A stretch of 63,622 nt of DNA, filler included, from Chrysochromulina tobinii (lineage: Eukaryota): assembly GCA_001275005.1 (NCBI GenBank). It is 6 parts of 6 records of this genome, joined end to end, with 100 filler letters (N's around TTAATTAATTAA, not from the genome) between each part and the next. Parts side by side here need not be neighbours in the genome. Positions count along the whole stretch, not along the records: positions 45,947 to 55,423 come from JWZX01001090.1; positions 55,524 to 60,562 come from JWZX01001091.1; positions 60,663 to 63,622 come from JWZX01001094.1; 3 more parts are not named here. One strand, given 5' to 3'. Every line of letters starts with the position of its first letter. The first letter of the stretch is position 1. The notes below the pieces were generated by a model. The model was not told where the DNA came from. It did no database searches and was given only the letters and a program-made list of their open reading frames with translations. This document shows positions 52,025 through 61,477 of the stretch, piece after piece. A program made the translations under genes and the position numbers.

Positions 52025-52950
52025 TCAACGGCGGCCAAACGTGCCCAGCCGCCAATTTTCAACGGCGGCCAAACGTGGCCAGCCGCCAATTGTCAACGGC
52101 GGCCAAACGTGGCCCGCCGCCAACGCCTCCAGAGCACGCCAGCATGCCGCCAGGTCTCGCACGGCCGTCGGCGCATCCAGCTCGAGTACTCTTCGATGGC
52201 GACGAACTGGTGGATGGGGGCCGTGAGAAGCCATCAGCGGAAACAATGTCGATTCAATCTGCGCCGCCTGAGCCAGAACGCGCGGGTAAGGGCACGCGGA
52301 GGACGCTCCGCTCGCTCTCAGCCCGCAGCACGCCCGAGCTGCCTCGACGAGATGGCTTCCTGCCCTCATGGTAACCTCGAGGTCTGGCCTGTGACAGGCA
52401 GCGCGGTCACGTCGGGCACGAACGGTCACAGTGAGGAGGCCCTTGGGATAGGAAAAGGAGCGAGCAGCGCGGCGTGGCAGCGGCACCTAAAGGCAAAGCA
52501 CGCGCGCCTCGGCGTCGACGCGCTGCGCAGCCGCAGCGGTACCTAAAGGCAAAGCACGCGCGCCTCGGCGTCGGCGCGCTGCGCAGCCCAAGGCTGATGA
52601 TCTTCCTTCTCTGTGAACATCAGCCTCTGGAGGGATTGAGGTGTTACGGTGGCCGCACGGTGGCCATGGTGACTGCGCGAGCGCGCGCGCTGACTATGGC
52701 GTACGTTGGTGGGCTTGGCCGGCCGGGGCGCGCGCGTCGGCGGAGCTATTTGCTGCGAGGGCGAGCGGAAAGAGGGAGTCGTCGCGTCGAGGAGTTTTGG
52801 CCCGGTAAGGGGGTACTGTAGGTCAGAGGGAGGCCCCGGCCACTGGGGAAAAGTCGTCGGAGGTCGCGAAGGCCCGTCTCGCTAAGGGGGTAGGTCAGAG
52901 GGAGGCCCCGGCCACTGGGGGGAAAAGTCGTCGGAGGTCGCGAAGGCCCG
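52025..52950 (+). repeat. Cluster of short tandem duplications: 34 bp x3 (52025-52124), 56 bp x2 (52477-52588), ~58 bp x2 (52819-52950)
   Basis: tcaacggcggccaaacgtgsccagccgccaatt; gcagcggyacctaaaggcaaagcacgcgcgcctcggcgtcgrcgcgctgcgcagcc; taggtcagagggaggccccggccactgggg...aggcccg. Confidence 0.9.
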
Positions 52951-54980
52951 AAGTGGCCGCCTCCCTGGTCGGAAGTCTGGTCAAGTCCTTTGCCGTTCGT
53001 TAGAATCGTGGGTTTTCATGTGCGCGCGCGCCTGCCGCATCGCCCAGCAGCATCCACCCTGTCCGCAGGTGCATGCCGTGTCCCAGCTCACGCTGATCAC
53101 GCGTTCTTTCACTGTGCCTCTGCATTCTCACAGGGCACTTCTGGCGACGCCTCAGTCAGCCACCCTCGTCGACCCGACGCTGAGGGGGGTTGAAGCGCCT
53201 GTCTCCCTGCGATTTCTCACCGGCCTGACCGAGGACGAGCTCATAAAGGTCTGCGACGCGCGCTGGGCTGGCATCTACATCCCTGTTGGTCATGCTCCAC
53301 GTTCACCGCCGAGGTGGGAGCTCACGTCGGCCGCGCCGCTGACGCCCGTGAGCGGCGCCTGATGACGATCTTCCTCAGACTCTCTCGTGCGCCCAAGCTG
53401 CCTGTCGATACGCCTCCCACGGCTCATGCTCGAGCACCCATCGCACTGTGCGTGCGGCTATCAGGGCGTTTCCTCATTGAGGCGAGCATGGAGGCGAGCA
53501 CTGGGTCTTCTCTGATGAGAATGGGAGGTGGGAATGGGAGGCCACTTCATTGACGGGTGCGTCCGTGTGCAGGTGGCGACACCGGTGCAGGCGGTGGCCG
53601 AAGAGAGCGGCAGCAGAATCGACACCACGCTCATGAAGGTGGCGAAACGGCTGTGCGTTGCGCATCGTGTGCCTCCGCAGTGCCTGGTTGTGTGCTTCAT
53701 CAGGGCAGCTTCGTAAGGCTACTGCCTGCTTATCCTGTAAGCAGGCCAGCAGCTGTCTTTGCGTCACCCGGCCTCTCGGGCTGCCCTCCCGATGGGTGGG
53801 CGGCTCGAGGGGCCCCCGAACTCCATTTAGGTGTGCGGCAGCCTCTCGAACGCGATCCAGCGCCCTTCCAACCTATCTGCCCACCCTCAACACACACGTG
53901 CCCATGCTCGCAGGTCGCCATAGGCATGAGTCGGCGCTGCTTTGGTTGGGTGCTTCAGGTGTGTGCTCGATTCCAAACGATTGTAGGTATTCGGGAGTTA
54001 GCAGCGCCGCCGGCGCCCGCGCGCCGGGGACCCGGGGAGTAAGATCTCTCGATGCACGGCATGAGGTGATATTGATTAATTGATAGCGTCGTGTGGTGAT
54101 GTTGGTTGCGTTGGGTCGGTTACCCAATTTTATACTTTCAGAAATGTAACTCGGTCGTGTATAACACCAATGCTCACGTACACCCTGTGAGGGCTTTTTC
54201 GATAAAGCACCGCCCTACGCGGCGGACGCGGATCGACACACGCTGACACCGCAACACGCTACATATGATTGGCGGTTGGTCAGAGGAGGCCCCGGCCGAT
54301 GCTGAACGATGCTGCAGTCAGCGGCGAGGCGGTGCTCGCAGCAGGCGGCGGTGAACGCGCAGTACACGCGCAGCTAGAAGATATCGAGGTGCGCGTGGGC
54401 GCAATGCAGAGCGCGCACATCCTCCAAGACGGTCACTAGCGCACAAGCCTGGCGTAAGCTCGCCCATTCGCCGGGGAGGAACCACCACGGAGCTAAAGTA
54501 GCTGGCCGAGAGCAAGCCAACTGCCACCTGATACCCCACGCCCTCGGCGAAGCCGCCGTGGAGCAGCACGCGCACTGCCGCCGTGGAGCAGCCCCAGGAG
54601 CTCGAGCGCAGGCGACCACCGGCAGGGCGGGAAGAGGCGCGAGCAACGCCACGCGGGTGGCCCGAACATATGGAAGAGGCATCCGGCGTCTCAGTGCTCG
54701 CCGTCGGCGGCGCTGCCCCTTCCTTCTTGAGGTCACTGAGGACCTTATTGAAGATCTTCTTGACAAACTGTGTCACGTCCTTGTCCGCTGCCGCCGCTGC
54801 CCAGGCGCGGTTGCGCTCGATCTTGTCAAAGTTGGCCGCGGCGCCTTACCTGGGGTCTGGGGCGTCCCGCCATGGGTTTCGGGAGGCCGCTTGCGCTTCC
54901 CCATCGCCCCCCGAGCGCGTCGCCAAAAGTCCGACGGACCCGAGCATGGGCCGGGGCCTCCCTCTGACCTAACCCCTTAG
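52882..54980. mobile_element. Possible non-autonomous element delimited by 32-bp inverted repeats
   Basis: ctaagggggtaggtcagagggaggccccggcc (52882-52913) matches the reverse complement of 54949-54980 with 1 mismatch; extra copies at 52819 and 54278. No transposase seen. Confidence 0.45.
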
Positions 54981-55196
54981 GCCCGGGTCGCGTGTGGAGA
55001 GACGCGAAGCAGGCGAGTTTGTCGCCCCCCTTTTTAATTAAGTGCCGATCTTATGGTTACCCATTGGAGGGGGGCTGAGCTCGAGCGTAGTATGAAGTAA
55101 CCTGTCGACGGGCAACACTTGCGATTGTTTTACAAGCAAACCCTCATAATTAACGTTATATGAGCTTGTGATTCCAGTTGGTATACATCAATCACC

Positions 55197-55269
55197 TCCC
55201 GTATAACTCAGTTGGTAGAGTGACAGACTCTTAATCTGCTAGTCCTGGGTTCGAGCCCCAGTATGGGAA
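55197..55269 (+). tRNA. trnK-CUU: tRNA-Lys (anticodon CTT), intronless
   Basis: Acceptor stem TCCCGTA/TATGGGA, D stem ACTC/GAGT with AGTTGGTA loop, anticodon arm CAGA-CTCTTAA-TCTG, T arm CTGGG-TTCGAGC-CCCAG; T-runs downstream. Confidence 0.9.
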
Positions 55270-55423
55270 CTCCGAAACTCTCCTTTTCCTTTTCCCTCCC
55301 TCGACGCTTCTTTTTATGCTTTTCCCCCAGTATCCCTCCGAAACTCTCCTTTTCCTTTTCCCTCCCTCCCCCAGTATGGGAACCGGACAAGCCTCCCTTT
55401 TTAAGCTTTTCGAGCCCCAGTAT
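55270..55423 (+). repeat. Array of tRNA 3'-end fragments alternating with pyrimidine-rich trailers
   Basis: CCCCAGTAT (55325), CCCCAGTATGGGAAC (55369), TTCGAGCCCCAGTAT (55409); 33-nt trailer duplicated at 55270 and 55336. Confidence 0.85.
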
Positions 55424-55523
55424 NNNNNNNNNNNNNNNNNNNNNNNNNNNNNNNNNNNNNNNNNNNNTTAATTAATTAANNNNNNNNNNNNNNNNNNNNN
55501 NNNNNNNNNNNNNNNNNNNNNNN
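55424..55523. other. Artificial contig spacer
   Basis: N44-TTAATTAATTAA-N44. Confidence 0.98.
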
Positions 55524-56390
55524 CCCTCACCGCCACCGCCCTCCCGCCCCCCTCCGTCACCGCCGCCGCCGTCACCGCCTCCTCCTTCACCGCCGCCACC
55601 ATCCCAGCCGCCGCCTTCTCCGCCGCCACCCTCACCACCACCGCCTTTCCCACCCCCTCCGGCACCGCCGCCTCCATTGCCACCTCCACCGCCACCACCT
55701 CCATCACCTCCATCGCCATCGCCGCCGCCACCCTCTCCTCCGCCAGAGCCGCCTCCGTTCCCTCCGCCCCCTTCGCCTCCCCTCCCTCTCTGCCAAGGCC
55801 ACGCTCGCCACGACCTTCCCCACCACCTCCCAGCCCACCCCCTTCTCCTCCACCGCCATCTTCGCCGCCACGCCCCCCGTTGCCACGCGCGCCACGGCCA
55901 AGCCCTCCTCCTCGTTCGCCTCGGCCTCACCCCCCACCTCAGCCGCCTCCACCTCCGTCGCCCGATCCTTCGCCGCCTCCGCCACCGAGCCCGACCCTTC
56001 CTCCACCTTCTCCTCCACCATCACCATCACCACCTTCTGCGCCCCCTCCGTCACCCCCACCTACTTCTCCACCGCCTCCGAACCCATTTCCTCCAGAGCC
56101 TTCGCCACCACCTCCATCACCATTGCCCCCGCGGCCCTCTCCTCCGCCAGAGCCGCCTCTATTTCCTCCGCTCCCTTCGCCTCCACCCTCCTCACCTCCA
56201 CCCCCCTCGCCGCCGCCGCCAAGCCCACCCCCATGCAGCCCGACGTCTTTGCCACCGCCACCTTCGCCTTCCCCTCCTGCTGCGCCGTCGCCACTGTCCC
56301 CGGGCAGTCTCGAGTCCAGGGCCATTCTCATGGCCAACTTGACCCTTGCTGGAACCATCGAGTCCTTCAACTCCACGGCATTCCGGCGCG
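55524..56390 (+). CDS. Partial PPSPPP-rich (extensin/pherophorin-like) surface protein
   Basis: Long PPSPPP tract with frame changes, followed by AILMANLTLAGTIESFNSTAFR; 5' end in the gap. Confidence 0.5.
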
Positions 56391-57190
56391 CGCATAGGCC
56401 ATGGCATAGGCGGCTGTGGGGGGCGCTTTCGTCGCTGTGGGTCCCGGCACCCATACCCAGGCACCCAGCTGCTGCACGCGATCGAGTGGAGAGGCCCCAC
56501 CCACTCACTACGTTTTGGTCGTATTGTTTTGAATGCACCTGAGCTCATCGTTTGTCAGGTCAGTCGGCCTTGAACAGGAGCAGCTTGACGAAACTGACTG
56601 ACTTTTTGAACCTATTCCGGGCGCGGGTCGACGGTCGTGAACGGAAGATCTGAAAAGTACCGTAGCTACGGTGCCGTCCGGCCGGGCGTGACCGCCCCGC
56701 GCGGCCTTGTGAGAGACGCGTGACCGACTGACCGTCCACCCCGGTCGCCCCGGTTCCCGCCGCCGCCGCACACGACACAAACCCCGTGTAGCACGCGGCC
56801 ACGACTGCACGTCAGCGTCAACGACCGCGCGACGGAACATCAGCACGCACATATCGTGACACAACCTCGGCATGCCTCTGTTATTAGTTCTGTCCTTAGT
56901 TCTGTTCGAGACCCCCCCCCCCCCCTTACCACCACCCACACTGCTTTACGCGAATACTGAAACATAGGCAGTCAAACGTGCCCGAGTCATAAGCTGCTGC
57001 ATGCTCACGCAGCCATACCACGGCTCTGCTTCCTCTACGCCATCGCGTCGAGGCAATCATCGATCGAGGCGTGCTTCAACGCCGACAAGTGGCCACGTCC
57101 TTCACGTCTCCCCCCCTCCCCCCCCCGTCCCCTCTGTTCCTTTTCCCTCGCTCTCCGTCTTCTCGATGTTCGAGCTCACTCTACGCGGGC

Positions 57191-59524
57191 TCACATGAGA
57201 TTGAGTTGCCTGAGCTTGTCTCGGTTATGTTCGATCGACTGTAAACGCTTCTGCTCGTAGGCGGTGGGATTTTGCGACGCGTCACTGAGCTCCTCCTCCG
57301 TCATCCCCTCCAACGCGTTGGCCGCCATACGCACTCGCTTCGCCTCTGGTGCGAACGCCATGGCCACTGCCAACGAGCGGAGGAACTTGTCTTTGTTGGC
57401 GGTCGGCGCTTTCCTTCCACCTTTACGGCTCACTCCCATTGTCCACACGTTAGCGGAGCCCTCGTCGAATCCTTGAACCTTGCTCGAGTCCAGCATCTCT
57501 GGGGGCAAGTTGGAGTAATCCTCGCCCAACCAGCGCACGTAGACATGGCCGGTCGGCGCCTCCACTAAGGGCCGTTTCGCCACCTTCGACGCCGGCGTCA
57601 CGATGTGAGCTGGCCAGGGTCCATGGCCTCGCGTCGTCGCCCAGACCACATCGGCCGGGTCAATCTCCCTGTTCGAGCAAGCGGGCACATGGAGTCACAC
57701 AGGTGAGCACGGCGCGGCCACGCAGGCAGGCAGTCTCGCCGATGGTTCGAACCGCCGTCGTCGACTCACGCAGCTTTGCGCTTGTGCGCTTGGTGGCTCC
57801 CCGGTACAGCCTCGGGCAGGATCTGCCCGGAGCCGTCGAGCCATGAAAGGGCTCCGATCTCGTGCTGGCCTTCCAAATTGAGCCACTGATGGTCACTGTC
57901 GTCGAAGCGGACGAGGTGCGGAGTGCAGCTGATGGGGGAGTAGTCGGCGATCTCCCCATCGTAATCTTGAGGCTCTCCCGATTGCCCAACGTCCATGGAG
58001 ATGCGGACGCGCGAGCCCAGGACCTCGTTGGCCCAAGGGCGGGCTGGGGCGTACTGCGGTGCAGCGCAACTGGCCTCGTCGCCGCTTCCGCCGCCGTCTC
58101 CGCCGACGCTTCCGCCGCCGCTTCCACGTCCGCGTCCGCGTCCACGTCCGCGTCCGCGTCCACTTCCGTTACCGCTTCCGCTTCCGCCGTCCCCACCGCT
58201 TGGGCTCCATTGCGGCGAGCTATCCGTCGGCGTATATGGCAACTGCCGCGGCGACAGCCAGCGCTGCCGGGCGTCTCGAACCGTCAAAGGCCGAGCACCA
58301 GGCGCGTAAATCCACAGTCTCTGCCAGGCCCGCGGGCTTACCAACCGAGCCTCGTTCGGCAGATGCGGTTGGCGCTCCCACTCTGCGGTGTTGCCCAGGT
58401 TGCGCCCCGTGATGATCTTCACCATAAGCGCGGGCGGTGGCGCCTTTTCGACGTTCAGCAGGCTCAAACCGTTGATGACGTAGCCTTCGTCGCCGTGCTC
58501 AATCTTGTTCGTTACGCTTCGGATGTCCGCGGTGAGGTCGGCCTCCGCGCAGATGCCCCCCAGATTGGTCATGGCGTCCTCGGCCATGATCGCGGTGCAT
58601 TGCGCGCAGAACTTGGCAGCGAGCAACGCATCGGTGCCCTCGTCGCCCAAGAGCAGCGTGGACTCGGCGATCGCGGCACGCGGCACGGGGATTGCGCCAT
58701 GGAGCGGCACCCCGTCATGGCCGAGAACGTCGTCGTCCAGGTGCTTCTCGAGTTTGGCAGCCTCCTTCAGGTCGGAGACGATGAACTCGCGGAACTCTTC
58801 GCCCTCCAACATCCGCCTCGCGAGGGTCACGGGCAGGGGGCAGAGCTCGTCGAACAGGCGCAGCTGGCTCGCCACCTCGGTGGGTTTCGGGGTGACAATG
58901 GGCTTGGGCTTCGCGGCGGGTGCCTTCCTCCCAAGGATCGCCTGCATCGGGTCGACCAACATGGGCGCTTCGGGCGCGCACTCTTTGGCCAAGGACTCGA
59001 TGGCGTCAACGCGTGCGTGCGCCCACTGCGCCGCAGGCGCCAATGGGCCGCCACGGGGTCCCGGGCGGCTGTTTCCCGCAGCGCCGAGCTGCTGTCGCAT
59101 GGGCGACGCCCCAGACGCCGCGTTTGCGTGCTTGCCAGCTAGGAGCCACAGCGCCAGCTTGCGCTCGTGGAGGGTGCGGGCACGGCCCTCGTCTCTCGCC
59201 GCGCGCTCGGCAAGCTCGGCCCTGCGCCTCGTCTCTGCCGCCGTCCGCACGACCTCCACGATCGCCCTCAACGCGCCGGCGGACTTGTTGATGGATTCGT
59301 GGACGGGTACCGCGATGGTCAAGTTGGCGACCAGAGCTTCCAGATGATTGAGTCCGCCTTCCAACTCCTCGTCCTTGTATGACGCCACATCGCGCAAAAG
59401 AGCTTCGAGCGCTGTAGCGTCCTCGGAAAGCTTGCGCACGATTGGCTTCAATAAAGTTATCGAGTCGCTGATGGCCATCGCCTCGCTGCCGCTGCCTGTG
59501 CAGGCCTTGCCACTGCCGCTCGAT

Positions 59525-59555
<31 letters not shown>

Positions 59556-60297
59556 TCGCTTGGGCGTCGTTCGCTTCGACGCTGTCCTCGCCGCCACCGC
59601 CGCCCTTGCCGCCGCCGCCGCTGCTGTTGCCGGCTGTCGCTCCTCCTTCTCCATGACCTTCACTCTCGTCGTGCGTCGGCGTCGGGAGGAGTTCCGTTCC
59701 CCTGGTGGTGAGGGTGCCTGTGGCCTGCGCCCGAGCTGCTTCCTCCTCTTGTTGCAAAGTTCTTTGGACTGCCTGATAGGCGTCTCTGGCTAGATCCGCT
59801 AGTTTGGTCTGAAAAAAGGTCTGCACGATTGACCATGGGGCATCCTTGAACTGGCTCGCCAAGTTTTCGGCACCAATCCAGATGATGGCGTTATCGGCGG
59901 CTTCCCAGCAGAGCTCGGAAAAGATTGGGTCCCTCTTCATCAAGACGTCCACGGTTTTCTCGAGCGCTCGGATCTTCTTTTTCGTGCGCTCCCAAAACTG
60001 CTCGGGCGTTTCGTCCGCAACCAATGCGAACTCGGCAACCTTGGCCGCGGCCAAGCAGTTGACCACGTGCCGGGCGACACCATCGAGCGATTTACTGTAG
60101 CCCGGCAGCGTTCGTAACAAGAGCTGCGACCCCATGAACTCGTGCACATCTCCGTCCGGCGGTGGCTCGGCCGCGGCTCCACGCAGGACCAGCGGCAGTC
60201 GGTTGATCGCTGTAATCATCGCCGCAGCGGCCGCACCGGCCGATGCGCTCGTCGTGCGTGCGAAATGGGCACGCAGCTCAACACGCCTGGTCGCCAT
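57191..60297 (-). CDS. Putative chromatin reader with C-terminal Tudor-like and PWWP domains; intron 57769-57669
   Basis: Tudor-like VLGSRVRI...YDGEIADY...HLVRFDDSDHQWLNL; PWWP DVVWATTRGHGPWPAHIV...VYVRWLG; terminal AYEQKRLQSIEHNRDKLRQLNL. The phase-2 GT-AG intron joins the two ORFs. Confidence 0.72.
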
Positions 60298-60562
60298 TGG
60301 GTGAGCTCCCCTTCGCGACGGACGTGGGAGGCGAAACCACCAAATTCCCAGCAGGAAAACGAGCTAATTGCCCCCCTCATCGGACGCGAAAGGGGCTCCA
60401 GCGAGGCTCGTCTTGTTGCGTCGCGCACAACCCCGTTCGGGTTGCGCCTTGTCGCAGCGGAAAGGGTCGCACAGATCCTACCAAAGGGGAAGAGCACACG
60501 AACGAGATGCACCACGAGCACCGGAAGGCAGTCCTCCTTGCGCTCGCAAACCAGTTGCTCAT

Positions 60563-60662
60563 NNNNNNNNNNNNNNNNNNNNNNNNNNNNNNNNNNNNNN
60601 NNNNNNTTAATTAATTAANNNNNNNNNNNNNNNNNNNNNNNNNNNNNNNNNNNNNNNNNNNN
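60563..60662. other. Artificial contig spacer
   Basis: N44-TTAATTAATTAA-N44. Confidence 0.98.
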
Positions 60663-60749
60663 GGCCGCAGGCGCTGCGAGGAGAAGGTGAACATGGATGC
60701 GTTCGTTGCGCACAGGTCGTCCAGGAAGCTCTGCTCGAGAGCGCCGGCG

Positions 60750-60789
60750 GTTCAGTTCAATTCAGTTCAGTTCAGTTCAGTTCAGTTCA
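60750..60789 (+). repeat. (TTCAG)8 microsatellite
   Basis: Eight pentamers, two of them TTCAA variants. Confidence 0.95.
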
Positions 60790-61020
60790 AATGGCGTCCC
60801 TCGCCGTCTCTCTCTTCCTGACCCCTCCGGCGCAAGCGATCGGGAGGGCACGGTATGGGCACGGTACACACGTCGCAGTCAATAGTGTGTGAGTGGCATC
60901 AATTTCAGGGCCTAAATGTAGTGATTTACAGTCAATATCGCCAAAATTTTCGCGCCAGCTGAGGCGGGCTGAAAACCCGCGCGCGGGGCAACTTGATTAC
61001 CCCCTCCCTCTATAGAGCAC

Positions 61021-61440
61021 CCGACGACGGCCACGGCAGCGGCGAAAGCCCGTCGATACCCCGGGTCGGGCCGCTTGCGGCGTCGAGAGAGACAGTGTCG
61101 TGGCGCACGGCAGCTTGCCAGCCGCCTGGAGTGATTCAGGAGTTACGGTGGCTGCACGGTGGCCATGGTCGCCCCATTGGGCTGCGCTGGGGGGTTCGAG
61201 GAGCCTGGCGGGGGCGGTTGAAGGTATGCGGCAAAGCGATCCTTGTACTGTCGGGCGGGGATGATCGGAATGGCCGTGCGCATGTACTCGCTCACGTCGT
61301 CCGACCATACATCGCGACCTTTTGGGGTCGCGCGCGGATGCCATTGCTTGATGGTCTTCCCCAGCTTCCGCAATTCGTATGTTGTTGGACCAGCCGCTTT
61401 TTGCAGCTGCTCCGCGGCTCCTGATCGAGGATCAGCCGCC
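61021..61440 (+). ncRNA. Candidate structured RNA leader upstream of the RT ORF
   Basis: Nested helices and GAAA, GTGA, CTTG and TTTG tetraloop hairpins found by eye (see findings). Confidence 0.45.
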
Positions 61441-61477
61441 ACCGATACCTCCCATCGTCGATAGCCGTTGAGTCGCC

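Noticed and set aside
14405..60662. TTAATTAATTAA palindromes within N runs (five places)
   Set aside because: Identical 100-nt scaffolding spacers with six-frame stops; not biological. Gene neighbourhoods across them were not interpreted.
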